Shown: positions 1 to 10,810, counted from the first letter of the stretch. The stretch: DNA of 64,000 nt from Diplonema japonicum (GCA_964019335.1 OZ025690.1:124001-188000), one strand, 5' to 3'. Numbers and translations are program-made. The notes: generated from the letters alone by a model not told the origin.

Positions 1-3000
1 ACGTCGGATGGATACTTCAGGTGTTTCTTGTCATGCCCTGCTCCGTTCCCACCCGCCACTGTGATCGGCTCGACGTCCTTGTCATCGACGTCCCACCGCT
101 GCACCCGGTGATTGTTCGTGTCGGCGATAAACAGGTATTTCTTCTCCTTCGCCTCTACCAAGCACAGCCCTCCGGGTTTGTTCAGCTGTCTCATTGCGGA
201 TCCAGACCCATTTCCTCCAGCCACTAGCCACCCTGAGCAGCACCCTGGTATCCATTGCAGGACTCTGTGGTTGTCTGTGTCAGCGATGTACAGGACGCCA
301 TGCGAATCGCATGCCACGCCACAAGGATAGTTCAGAATGTGCGTGGGGACGGCTTGAATCTCATTCGGGACGCTATGGCGTATGATGGACTGCTCAGCGA
401 TGTGCCGGATCTGGCCGAGTAGGATGGGGAGGTTGGTGTGCGGGAGGGTGAGGCGGCCGCCGGGGACGAGCTCCGTGGTGCGAGCATTCTTCTTCGTTTT
501 GGAAGAGACGTAGCGTAATAAGTCGATGCGGGGCGAGCCACCGAGGACTACACGGAGGATGCCGGGGGTGGGCAGCAAACGTCCATTGCACGTGACCTCC
601 ATTTCGTTGCCTTGCCGGGCCATCGTGATAACGTCTCCGATGCCAGATCCTACAGGGCGTGTGAAGAACTTCACTGTGTCGAGTTGCCCGTCGGGAGTTT
701 GAACTGTGAGAGGTGAGCTTTCCGAGTTCCCCGACACTCTGTAGGGGTCCTTCCGCGGCTTGACATGCGAAGGCAGCATGTCCTGCTCCAACCCAGAGTG
801 TACCTGCCGTGTGATCCTGGAAGTATCGGAAGCAACAGACGCGTCGTCGTCAAAGACCTCGTCCTCATGGTACGATGAGTAGTCACTTGAGTCCAGCACA
901 CCATGGCTGTACGCTTCACTGCCTTCCTCCACGTGTTCTACTTCTTGGATGTCTTGTGTGATGACTGTGTCCGTGTACACCCACTTCACATTGTCGGCCT
1001 CCATCCACACGACCTCTTTCTCGTGGGGAAACACACCTCCATGAGTGACCTCGGTCAGCATCCACCCTACGCTCTTCCCTATGCCTTTTGGAGGCCCCAC
1101 CATCCACCTCCCACTCATTGTCGTGTATATTCGAGCAGCCTCGCACACCTCGCATGCCCCGCACATGTCACCACACACAGAGTGCCACACCGGGTAGCCG
1201 TTCCTTCGTCCGAGAGGCACGTACCTGCCTTCCACAATACGTAACCGCGGAGGTACGTTTGAGACCAGAAGGTTTGGGGGTTCGACGTTGCAGCCGATTG
1301 ATCGGAAAGGGTAGTCACAAGGAAAGCCTGCCACAGGTAAGGCTTTCCAGTCGTCAGAAATGTCAGGGAACAGCTTTGGGATTGGGGAAGGCAGCAACCG
1401 TGAAAAGAGGTAGATGAGTGGGAAGTGTATTTTGAAGAGTACTCTGTGACTCACTGTCAGTGAAATTTGCTGACTGACCTTAGGAACACGGCAAGTCTTG
1501 GAGCATTGTCGTTGGCGGACCTCCCTCGTGTATGTGATGCTGGTAGGGCCTGCAGGGATCGAGAGCACTGTGACGTCGCCACATTTCAGGGAGACTGCAC
1601 CTACACTGAGCTGCGACGTCAGGTCATCGGTGGGCAGGTTGTGATCAATGGAGTTCTGGAGGCAGAGCCATCGCAGCCTGGCAAAGACGAGGGGGCGAGA
1701 CTTCCATGGGACAGTGCAAGTGCGGCCAGTGGTGCTAATGACGAGCCTCCCCTCCGAGTCGAGGCGCGCTTCGTTGATGCACTGCAGAGACTCGCCGCCG
1801 ATGCGGCACCGTAGCTGATTCCTGAAAATGTCTATCTTCACGAACTGCATGTTCTCGTCGTCGATGAACGACACCTCCTTTATCCTCCCCCCCTCGATAT
1901 CCCCCGTGCAGTGATATACTTCACTTTTCACAGATGCCACTACGAAGGCAGACAGCTCCTTGTCTCCGTCCTTCAGTTTCACAACCAGCTGCTCCTCCTC
2001 TTCGTCTGCAGGTTTCATCGTCACGCTTGTTGCGTAGCTTGAGAGCTGGGGGTATCGAGTCCCACCCCACCACCCGGGCTCTCCTGATAGTTCGTTCAAC
2101 ATCAGACCCCACTCCCTGTTCAGAACGGGCAGCGGGAGGTGATACTCATACTCGTTGAGGAGGCGAAGCTGCCGTCCTGTAAGCCGCTCCTTCCGTTCCT
2201 GTGCTGTCTTGAGCCGTCTGTATTCGTTGCAAACAGCGGCCTTGGCGTTCACCATGTGGTATGATTCGCTTTTGTTTCCAATAGATAACCGCCGGTGGCT
2301 TTCGAACACAACGCATCTGATGGCGTAGACCCACATGTTCCTGTACCAGCTCCCCACACGGGACGGGCGGGGTATCCGCTGGGAGACCCTCCGGATAGAG
2401 CGTTGAAGCGCGGTCAGGAGGCAAACGTCATTGAGGCAGTTAGGGCAAGTGCCGCAGGAGGAGCTTTTGACGCAAGGGGGCGGGGAGAGATAGGATTTTT
2501 GGATGTTGCTTCGAATGGTCCCTAGGAGGATGGTGAGATTCATTTCGAAGGCTTGTGAGTGGGTGGACACTAGCGCGCGGAAGTCGATTTCGGATAGAGA
2601 GAGGAGGTCAGGGGCCGCGTCTTCATTGTAAGAGGTGCCGGTGGAAAGGGTGAGTCCCCAGAGAAGAAGTCTCTTCCGGAACATTGCCTCGGAGGAGGGA
2701 GACTCGACAGCAGCCCAATCGCCATCGGTGCTGAAAACGGCTAAAGATTTGATATGCAACACCAGCGGAGGAGCGGTCTCGCCGGTGTGATGCGTGAAGA
2801 AGACTGTGATGTCAGTGAGTTGCATCTGTATGTTCCGGATGACGGTGTCGGTAATGCCAAGGTCCCCATTCATCGTGGAATTCAATTTCTTTTTGAGATT
2901 GAAGAAATCGTTGCAAGTATCTAAAGTCGAGAACCTTCTGCTGGCAGCTTCGTCGGCGGTTGCAGGGAACGGTCTGACGCTTTCAGCAGGCTTAGCCCGC

Positions 3001-3281
3001 ACAGTGATCCCGTTCAAAGCTATATTCCACGCGCCTGACAAAATATTGCTCATTGGCACACTGATCTGCACGCTTCTCACGGAGACTGACTGCACGCTTA
3101 CTGGGATGTTTAACTTCGCCAGCGCTTCTTCCTTGATCGAAATGTCCACGAGAGAGATCTCGCCCTTCGAGAGGTTGTACCGAAAGCTCTCAGAATCCAC
3201 GCCATTGAGGTACTTGCTCGCAACCCTTGTCACGATGGACACGATTACCTTCTTGCTTATATAGCTATACAAACCGGACAT
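1..3281 (-). CDS. Chorein-N (VPS13/ATG2-type) domain protein with NHL repeats; 3' end beyond window start
   Basis: Not in the ORF track because it is open to the edge. ATG at 3281 gives MSGLYSYISKKVIVSIVTRVASKYLNGVDSESFRYNLSKGEISLVDISIKEEALAKLNIPVSV...VPMSNIL...DTVIRNIQMQLTDITVFF (chorein-N pattern). The same frame at 1-340 reads LNYPCGVACDSHGVLYIADTDNHRVLQW...VAGGNGSGSAMRQLNKPGGL...FIADTNNHRVQRW...VAGGNGAG (NHL repeats). Confidence 0.8.
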   Translation of the reverse strand, partial: MSGLYSYISKKVIVSIVTRVASKYLNGVDSESFRYNLSKGEISLVDISIKEEALAKLNIPVSVQSVSVRSVQISVPMSNILSGAWNIALNGITVRAKPAESVRPFPATADEAASRRFSTLDTCNDFFNLKKKLNSTMNGDLGITDTVIRNIQMQLTDITVFFTHHTGETAPPLVLHIKSLAVFSTDGDWAAVESPSSEAMFRKRLLLWGLTLSTGTSYNEDAAPDLLSLSEIDFRALVSTHSQAFEMNLTILLGTIRSNIQKSYLSPPPCVKSSSCGTCPNCLNDVCLLTALQRSIRRVSQRIPRPSRVGSWYRNMWVYAIRCVVFESHRRLSIGNKSESYHMVNAKAAVCNEYRRLKTAQERKERLTGRQLRLLNEYEYHLPLPVLNREWGLMLNELSGEPGWWGGTRYPQLSSYATSVTMKPADEEEEQLVVKLKDGDKELSAFVVASVKSEVYHCTGDIEGGRIKEVSFIDDENMQFVKIDIFRNQLRCRIGGESLQCINEARLDSEGRLVISTTGRTCTVPWKSRPLVFARLRWLCLQNSIDHNLPTDDLTSQLSVGAVSLKCGDVTVLSIPAGPTSITYTREVRQRQCSKTCRVPKVSQQISLTVSHRVLFKIHFPLIYLFSRLLPSPIPKLFPDISDDWKALPVAGFPCDYPFRSIGCNVEPPNLLVSNVPPRLRIVEGRYVPLGRRNGYPVWHSVCGDMCGACEVCEAARIYTTMSGRWMVGPPKGIGKSVGWMLTEVTHGGVFPHEKEVVWMEADNVKWVYTDTVITQDIQEVEHVEEGSEAYSHGVLDSSDYSSYHEDEVFDDDASVASDTSRITRQVHSGLEQDMLPSHVKPRKDPYRVSGNSESSPLTVQTPDGQLDTVKFFTRPVGSGIGDVITMARQGNEMEVTCNGRLLPTPGILRVVLGGSPRIDLLRYVSSKTKKNARTTELVPGGRLTLPHTNLPILLGQIRHIAEQSIIRHSVPNEIQAVPTHILNYPCGVACDSHGVLYIADTDNHRVLQWIPGCCSGWLVAGGNGSGSAMRQLNKPGGLCLVEAKEKKYLFIADTNNHRVQRWDVDDKDVEPITVAGGNGAGHDKKHLKYPSD

Positions 3282-3286
3282 TCCAT
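3257..3286 (-). promoter_or_regulatory. Out-of-frame uORF (MECPVCIAI*) overlapping the chorein-N start codon
   Basis: ATG at 3286 lies 5 nt upstream of the main ATG (3281); TAA at 3257-3259. Confidence 0.4.
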
Positions 3287-3544
3287 TTTCTTCCCCCCCT
3301 TTCTTTTCCTCTTCTTCCTCTTCCTTTCTTTTCCCCCCTCCCCTCCTTACGCAAGTTTTGATTCACCCAATTCAAAGCACTGATTCACACGATTGTTTTT
3401 CTGCGGCAAAAAAAAAAAAAAAAATGCATCGTTCCATTTCTTTTTGCATATGTAAATATGCAACAAGACGGAGAATAAAAGGTTTTCAGTGTGCAGGGAC
3501 ACTGTCACCGTTCTGCTGGTGGCTGGAAAAACTCCGCTTCCCGT

Positions 3545-6418
3545 TCACACCACATCGATGTCGAACCTTCTGCGTGTTCCACAGGCGGAACAATAGCGCG
3601 CTGTGGTGTCAAAGAAGGACATCCCGCAGCCTTTGCAGCAGGAGACAGGAGGCAAGCCACTATTGTTGTTTAAGTTCCGAAAGCCTGCACTCGAGATGTT
3701 GCCTAAGTACCCTCTTTTGACAGGCGAGGCTAACCCATCCGAGCAAAAGGAATTCCACCTCGCTTGCGGCAGAACCGGCGAGTTCTGCGATGGCAACGCC
3801 TTCGCTTTATCAGCCTTCTCTTGAAAGTCGACCGTTCTGTCTTTAAGACAAGCGGGGAGAACCTCATAAAGCGTCTTTTCATCTCGAATCCCTTTCAGCC
3901 TTATCCTTCCCAATGATGTGACAATAACATTGCATATCTGTTTCCGAGATTCCGAGTTGGGGTCGAGCTGAAGCGTTTCATATGTGTCCTGCGATATGAC
4001 AATCTGCCCGCCGTTGCCGTAGCCGGAAACCCTTGCAGCGAGGTTTACAGGAGGCCCGAAATAGTCCATCCGACCGGTGCCAGGATCGGGTTTGCAAAGA
4101 GGGTTGCAACAATGAATCCCCATGCGAACTCTGACGCCTCTCCATTTGAAGCCCCTGTGCGATTCTTCGATCAGCGGTACAGCAGGGCCCCCGATTCCGA
4201 GCATGGCTGATTCTCGGATATCGTCGTCCTCTTCTTCCTCGTCTTCGTGGTCCTGTGTGGAACAGCGTACCGAGACGGGCTCAGGGGGGAACATGCGGAG
4301 GATTTCCTCGGGCCACCTTGCGAGCATTAGTAGAATCTGAGACACGAGGCACCAGTTCAAAGCGTCGATGGGGTGCGCGAATGCGATCATGAACGCGTCC
4401 CCCTCCGTTTTCACCTCGAACCCGCAGAACCTCAGCATGATCCTGCGCAGCAATTTGTTATGTATCTCAAGCGCTTCCTGCATCGCGGTGGGCTCCTGTT
4501 CCCATATCGCCGTCGACGACTGCACGTCAGTGAAGACTAAACTGATGAAACCATTTGGAGGGCCGATCGCATAGACCTCCGCGTCAGGGGGTGCAAGGCG
4601 CAAGGGAGAGAATGTCATATTTATCCGTTTTTTCAAATCAGTTCCGAGATGCTCTTCAATCTCCGGCCAGTAGTACACCGCGGCGGCGTAGTGAGAGAGG
4701 TTTCTACGGAGAAGCCACTTCCCGTCTGGGGATATGGACACCTCAAGGTTGGACATTGACTTTTCACCGTGCTCACGAATGGGGTCAAATCTGCACACTA
4801 TGTAGCAACGGCTTTTTATAAGATCACACAGGCAGACGTCGCACCAAGAAACCCCACACCGCAAGATAATCAGGTTATCGGGCCCGAAGGTTGCTGTGTA
4901 CTTCCCACCGCCACGTGAATTCAGAATATTGTAGCAAAGCCTGGAAGTCTTGTGCGGCCTGCAATCGTGCACAAGCTCTGTTTTAGATATAACAAGCTCG
5001 TGGACCTCGATGCTTTCCTCTGTAACCACGGCGACGACAGGTATTTCACTATCGGTCACGGAGACATCCTTCATGGTTGTAGATGTAACGAGGATTGGTT
5101 TCAAGTCGTGTTGATGCAGCTGGATGTTGTAAAAAGCGTGCCCCAGGTTCGGGGAGTACACAGTGACCCGTTCGATGCCGACGGTGTGCGAGAGGCAAAC
5201 GTAGTCTCCGTTGCCAACCTGTTTCATGGCGACGGGTTCGCCTTTGATCAGTTTTTTCGACAGTCTGCAGTGTCGGGTCACCCATGCCGCGTCAGATAGC
5301 CGCCCCCCGGCATTCCAAAACGAATAGTTTTGAAGCATGGTCACAACCTTCATTTCAAACCGATCAGTTTGATGCGTGAAATCCGGTTGGAGAACACCAA
5401 CCGACGGCCCCCAGTACATTGGGTACAAATCGCAGCATATATCAGACCCGACAGACCTGCTGCAGGACAGAGTTGGGTTGGGGTGTGTAACGATTTCCAA
5501 TTTGATACGCTGCACACTATCGGGCTGCGATGCACGTTTAGAGGGCTTCTTTCCACGCGACGTTTTGCGCATCTCCGGGAGGGATCCTAATATACCGGAC
5601 ACGATAGCATCATCAGGCACGCCGCGAAGAGGGGAACGGAACTCAGAAGCAGCAGCATCGCTAACGTCGTACTTCGTGTACTTGCTGACAGCCGTGAACC
5701 GGAGGATCATACCTGACTCGTCGATGAGTAGCTCTGTGTCTGCCTTTTCCACGGAAGATCTGAAACGGGCGACGTGCAGACCAGGAAATCTCTGAACCTC
5801 CACCGGCTCAACACCGCTGATGTCAACCAACACCAACCCGTCCTTCGACACCTCATATAAGTACGGGCACCCGGATTCTTTCGACTTGAAAATACGAGAA
5901 AACACATGAAAATCACCCGGAACTACATTCTGATACGCAATGTGTAGCGGAACACGTCCTTCGACAGAGGTTTGGTAGGACTTAACGGCATCTGAAATAA
6001 GCGCGGAGGGCTTGTGTTGGATGTACGTGAATGGGGTTTCCCTCTTGTTGTTCGGGAGGTATATGCAAGAGCCTTTTTTTAAGAAGAATTGGACCAGTTC
6101 GCTTTGTGTCCACTTTGCCTCGACAGACTTCATGACGTGGTGCAGTGGGGTTTCGCCATATTGGTTTCCGAGGTTCAGCGACAAAGGGCGTTTTCCAGCT
6201 AGTTTCTTCACCTCCTGGACGTTGATGGGCACTTTCATCATTTCCTCCAGAACCTCCGTGTTCCCGTAGCACTCGAGCTTCTTCTCGTCCTGATTTATCC
6301 TTGCAACGCTGCCGTCCCGTCTTATCTTCAAGGTCTCTCCAGAAGGCCTGTGTTTGTTCCACATTACCGACTGTCGCTTCTTCACACAGTACACGGCTGG
6401 TTTTTCATCTGTGGTCAT
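3545..6418 (-). CDS. Soluble class III adenylate cyclase with N-terminal ankyrin repeats and C-terminal CxxC-CxxC zinc ribbon
   Basis: 957 aa ORF. Ankyrin motifs GETPLHHV and RETPF. Cyclase motifs VFTDVQSST, EVKTEGDAFM, RVRMGIH and DYFGPPVNLAARV. C-terminal CKGC...CSAC. No obvious TM helix. Confidence 0.88.
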   Translation of the reverse strand: MTTDEKPAVYCVKKRQSVMWNKHRPSGETLKIRRDGSVARINQDEKKLECYGNTEVLEEMMKVPINVQEVKKLAGKRPLSLNLGNQYGETPLHHVMKSVEAKWTQSELVQFFLKKGSCIYLPNNKRETPFTYIQHKPSALISDAVKSYQTSVEGRVPLHIAYQNVVPGDFHVFSRIFKSKESGCPYLYEVSKDGLVLVDISGVEPVEVQRFPGLHVARFRSSVEKADTELLIDESGMILRFTAVSKYTKYDVSDAAASEFRSPLRGVPDDAIVSGILGSLPEMRKTSRGKKPSKRASQPDSVQRIKLEIVTHPNPTLSCSRSVGSDICCDLYPMYWGPSVGVLQPDFTHQTDRFEMKVVTMLQNYSFWNAGGRLSDAAWVTRHCRLSKKLIKGEPVAMKQVGNGDYVCLSHTVGIERVTVYSPNLGHAFYNIQLHQHDLKPILVTSTTMKDVSVTDSEIPVVAVVTEESIEVHELVISKTELVHDCRPHKTSRLCYNILNSRGGGKYTATFGPDNLIILRCGVSWCDVCLCDLIKSRCYIVCRFDPIREHGEKSMSNLEVSISPDGKWLLRRNLSHYAAAVYYWPEIEEHLGTDLKKRINMTFSPLRLAPPDAEVYAIGPPNGFISLVFTDVQSSTAIWEQEPTAMQEALEIHNKLLRRIMLRFCGFEVKTEGDAFMIAFAHPIDALNWCLVSQILLMLARWPEEILRMFPPEPVSVRCSTQDHEDEEEEDDDIRESAMLGIGGPAVPLIEESHRGFKWRGVRVRMGIHCCNPLCKPDPGTGRMDYFGPPVNLAARVSGYGNGGQIVISQDTYETLQLDPNSESRKQICNVIVTSLGRIRLKGIRDEKTLYEVLPACLKDRTVDFQEKADKAKALPSQNSPVLPQARWNSFCSDGLASPVKRGYLGNISSAGFRNLNNNSGLPPVSCCKGCGMSFFDTTARYCSACGTRRRFDIDVV

Positions 6419-7186
6419 CTATTTTTTTTTTTCTCTTTTTTTTTTGACATTTGATTTTTTTAAGGTGGGGGGGATAATATATAATATAAAAGAAAAGAAA
6501 CTGATAAAAAAAAGAGGGGGGGGGAAAAAGGGAGAAAAAAAAGAAACCAGAGGAACATATTGAAATGAGGGGAAAAGGAGCAGAGTTGAGGGGGAAATAA
6601 TTTTTAAAAAAAAGGGAATGGAGAGAGTGAGAGAGAGAGAGGGAACGAGAGTGGGGGGGGGGGGGGGGGGAGGGGTAAAAAATGTGTTTGTTGGGGTGTG
6701 TACTTTTTTCTTTTCCTTCTTTTCTTTTTTTGTTTTTCGTTCTCTTTTTTTTTTCTTCTTTTTTTCCCCCTTATATTATATTAGCATTCATCACCCTCCC
6801 CCCACTACCGTAAAGATTTTATATTCAATGCAAAATATGGTTAAACCCTTGGGGGAAAAAATAAAATAATACACCTGCTTATTATTTCTATTTGGACCTC
6901 GATAATGGTTCGAGATCAACAGCCGTCACCGAACAGGCACAGCATCACGTTTACCCCCTTAAACGCCTATGTTCGAAAAGCTGAGAAAACCAGGTGTCCA
7001 CAAATATGTGAATATTTTATGCTAATATTTTTTAACTTTTTTTTTTTTGATGGCGTGCCTCCCCCAAACCATATAATCTTTTTTTTAAACCAAATAAATC
7101 TACTTCCCCTCCACCCCCCACCTTTGATATGATATCCTATCCCTTCCCTCCTAACGACTCAGTTGGAATCGAAAATAAAAAATTTA

Positions 7187-8035
7187 CCTTCCATATTCGC
7201 TAAGTGACCGACCAGAACTCGCATTTTGAAGAGCTAAAAAAATTTCTAATTGCTTTTTCTAGGGCTGGAATGGATTTATTTGCGTCCGGGGCCCAATGTT
7301 CGACATATGGAATTTTTTTTTGTAATAAAGAATTTTTTGGTGATTTGCCTTACTTTGTACAAAATGAAGCAGCTCCGGTGGAAAAAACACGGCACAAGTG
7401 GGGTTCGAACCCTGATGAAAAAACCACTGCGTCGGGATTCGAACCCGCGACTCCTGGAACAAGGGGGCCTGACAGGTGAGCACGGTAACCACTCTACCAC
7501 ACAAAAATTCAAAACTCTGACCCCCCATCTTTACTCACGCATCTGGAACAGTGAGTGGAGTAGGTTCCCTTCTTTCAAATTTGACTCCCACACGCTTACG
7601 AAAGCAGAAATACCGGTACAGGCTCGTTCCTCTCCTGGTGTACCTAAGAAAAGCCGGTGAACCCGCTTCGCCTAGGTGCAGGGCCTTCGAAAATATTTTC
7701 CGCTGAACTACTGGTCAGGAAGATGCTGGCTTCTGGGATCGAACCAGTTTTCCAAGGGTTTTGAAAGGGAAAAGTGCCCAGGTTCAAAAAGTTTGGCAAA
7801 AATGGCCAAAACTCAAAATGGCGACTTCCAAGGTCATTTTGGTTGGCCCCCAAAAAACTTTTTTTGGAAAATCTTTTTTGAACTTCCTTGGAACTCACCG
7901 TTCTTTCATGTCCGACATATGGATTTTTTGAAAAAAAAAAATTCAATGAACCTTTGAGCATTTTTGACATTTTTTCCCCTATAGCCCCCTATAACCCCTT
8001 TGGGACAGGGCAGGTCACTTAGCGAATATGGAAGG
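7187..8035. mobile_element. Non-autonomous piggyBac-like DNA transposon (MITE), 849 bp
   Basis: Perfect 23-bp TIRs CCTTCCATATTCGCTAAGTGACC (7187-7209) and GGTCACTTAGCGAATATGGAAGG (8013-8035). Flanks are TTTA (7183-7186) and TTAA (8036-8039). CC...GG termini with a TTAA target are typical of piggyBac. Confidence 0.8.
7424..7506 (-). pseudogene. tRNA-derived (tRNA-Asp GTC-like) sequence inside the MITE
   Basis: A box TGGTAGAGTGG (7489-7499), CTGTCA anticodon-loop-like segment (GTC at 7471-7473), T-arm CGGG-TTCGAAT-CCCG with B box (7435-7445), then T6 (7418-7423). Acceptor and anticodon stems pair poorly and there is an insertion of about 13 nt. Confidence 0.65.
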
Positions 8036-9584
8036 TTAAAAAAAAAAAAAAAAAACGCTTCATTCCAGGATTGTGTTCGTGCAGCCCACCCTGGGGGAAC
8101 AACTCAGAATCCATTTTCTTTTTCCTTCTTCCAGTGCATGGATTTACCTGAGGGAAAGAACGACTGCATTAACACATGGATGTGAAGGGGGGGGGGGGGG
8201 GGGTGAGCTTTTTCCCCCCCTTTTTTTCTTTCTTTATTATTATCTTTTTTCCTTTTATACCTATCCAACAAAGAAGCTGGCCCGTTTGTTTGCAACAAGT
8301 CACGGGAAAAAAAAAAAAAAAAAAAAAATAACGGGGGAAAAAAGTGTTTTTTTTTAGACGCCTTTTAAAAAAAAAAAAGTTTAAAATACCCACAAAAGAA
8401 CACTCATTGCCGGATATATCGGTGTCCTTGTGCGACTCTCCATAAGTTCATGTGGGTACACAACAACCTTTATTTCCTTGAGCGGACGCAACGCAACGAG
8501 TATTCTTTTTGTTACATTTTAAAACTATTTTTCTTCTTCCTCATAAAAACATCTAAAAACTACACTCCCCCCCCCCAAAAAAATAAATTTCACTCGTGCG
8601 GTACACAAAATCAATCTTCAAACTCTACCCCCCAAAAAAAAAAAACGCTTTCATGCCACTCACGGAAACAGGAATGTAAGAAAAGAAAAAAAAAGGGGGG
8701 GGAGAGGGTAAAGAGAAAAATAGAGCGAGAGACCGCAACAAACCTATAGGGAGGGGAGAAGGGAGAAAAAAAAAAGAAAAAAAAAAGTGTTAGCAACAAC
8801 CTATCACAAAGAGAACGAAATAATAATTAAAAAAAAAGAGGAGTTTTTTTTTTTCTTTTTTTTTTTTTTTCTTTCCGTAAAGTGGACGAAAAGAGGCGGG
8901 TTCAGCCTTTTCTTTAGGAATAAAACGATGAAAACGAGGTGGAGCGCTCACCGTTAATTTCAAAAAAAATCACATGGCCAAAACTGCTTCGATGTCTTGA
9001 TGAATACGGAAACAAGTTAAAAAAATGTGTGTTATAAAGGAGGAGGAGGGGGGGGGGGGGGTGTTAATAAAATATCACTAACATTGCGGAATTGGGGGGA
9101 AAGTGTAAAAAATCAACGGTGGAAAAAAAAAAAACTGGTTCACCGCACCTGTGGCTAAATCTTTTCGGTATGCAAAAAAAAGGGGGGGGAGGGTGGGGAG
9201 GGGGGGGGAAACTATTTCCAGAAGACAAAAGGATAAAACTGTGAAGTAAAGGGTACTCGGCTTTACGTTAGTATATTAATTAGACCCACCACTTGATCTA
9301 CCCCCCTGCCTTCCTGTGACCCATTGCGCTGTTAATAAAGGCATCTGTGAAAGGGCAAAAGTGCACAATAAGAAGAAAAAAAAAAACTGACAGGAAAGAA
9401 CTTAGGGTGCGCCTCTCTCAAACAAGATGAGGAAAATAGTTAAAAAAAAAAAAAAAAAAAAGGTGTGCTCTTTTTTGCCCCTCCCCACCACCCCGCAGCA
9501 TTTTAACCTACCTACTCAGCAAGCTGAGGCGGAGTGCTGTATCCGTTTAAAACATATTCGCATTACTTTTCCCCCCTCACGTTC

Positions 9585-9618
<34 letters not shown>

Positions 9619-10444
9619 TTTGTAATTATTTGCTTCCCTGCGTTGCCCCCCACCCCTCCCCTCCCCCTTTTTCTTTTGGGGAAATTAAAAAAAAAAATAA
9701 AAGATTGACTTCGACTTTCCTTTTTTTTTTCCCGTAAAAAAAATTTCATGTCTCACCCACCCCAGCTCAATTTACACAGCCCGCTAGCTACCCTTTGCCA
9801 TCCCGTCTAAGAAAAGGAAAGGTGCGCGTTTCCAGCTATGAAAAGAGTAAAGCATGGGGAGACAGTATGGAAAAAAAAAAAAAAAAAAAAAAGAAGAGAG
9901 AAAACAACATTTCCAGTAACTTTTTTGAACAAAAAAATAATGTATTTCCAACAACTGGAGGGGGGGGGGACCCAAACTTTTTCTAAAAAAAAAAAAAGTT
10001 ACTGAAAATAACGTTTTTCCCCTTCCCCTCGCCCCCCCATAAAAAAAAACTATAGAACAGAAAAAAAAATAACTATTTATTAAATAAAAATCAGATTACC
10101 TGATTTTTACGAGGAATTTTTTTTTCACGAGTAGTTGAATTTCACGAGCGAAGCGAGTGAAATTCAAAAAAAACGAGTGAAAAAAAAAAATTCCGAGTAA
10201 AAATCTGGCTGATTTTTTATTTAATATGATATTTTATTTAATTTTTGTAAAGTTAAATGAGGAAATTTCGGACACTGTGAACCCTTTATGTTCACTTCTG
10301 CGAAATGTTCGATGTCAAGACTAAGCCTGACTGCCTGAGAAGGCGATGTCAAATTGACAGAATTCTGTAGGTTTTGTGTAATTTGTGTCGGCACTTGATC
10401 ATCGCTCTTCAGAAATTGCTGGTTTTGTGCGGGGGCTTGATCAG

Positions 10445-10598
10445 GTCTGACTTCCAGCCAAAATAGCAGGTTCCTTCATCAACAAGGTATTGTGCAAAAG
10501 AACGCCTGTATGCACGGCCAGTGTAATTTTCGGCATTTGCCAGCCTCAGGTGTGATGCTTGGTGGCCCGGAAACGTGGTAAAGCGTGTTTATGCCTCT
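10445..10598 (-). pseudogene. Tyrosine recombinase C-terminal remnant (frameshifted, internally deleted)
   Basis: RGINTL (10581-10598), then in another frame HLRLANAENYTGRAYRRSFAQYLVDEG...FGWKSD (10445-10552). This resembles the YTGHSFRR...GWKS box II region of Crypton/phage-integrase-family recombinases. Confidence 0.7.
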
Positions 10599-10724
10599 TT
10601 TGCCTCGGATGCTTGACTGTTTTTTGCCTCAGATACCTGACTGTGGTTTGGGTTGGTTGGGTTACGTCTCATATTTTGCGAGGCGATTAATGTATGTGTC
10701 GAGCGACGTTTGTAAAAGCGCAAC

Positions 10725-10810
10725 ATGCCGTAGCTCAGTGGTAGCTCAGTGGTTAGGTCGTCGCACTCGTCTCCTGGAGACGCCAGATCAAATCCTGAAC
10801 CGAACTTTTT
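10725..10810 (+). pseudogene. tRNA-like Pol III promoter remnant inside the Crypton-like element
   Basis: Tandemly duplicated A box TAGCTCAGTGG (10731-10741, 10742-10752), degenerate B box AGATCAAATCC (10785-10795), T5 at 10806-10810. Confidence 0.5.

Noticed and set aside
7424-7506. Functional tRNA-Asp gene
   Set aside because: Acceptor and anticodon stems pair poorly and it lies inside a MITE; treated as tRNA-derived.
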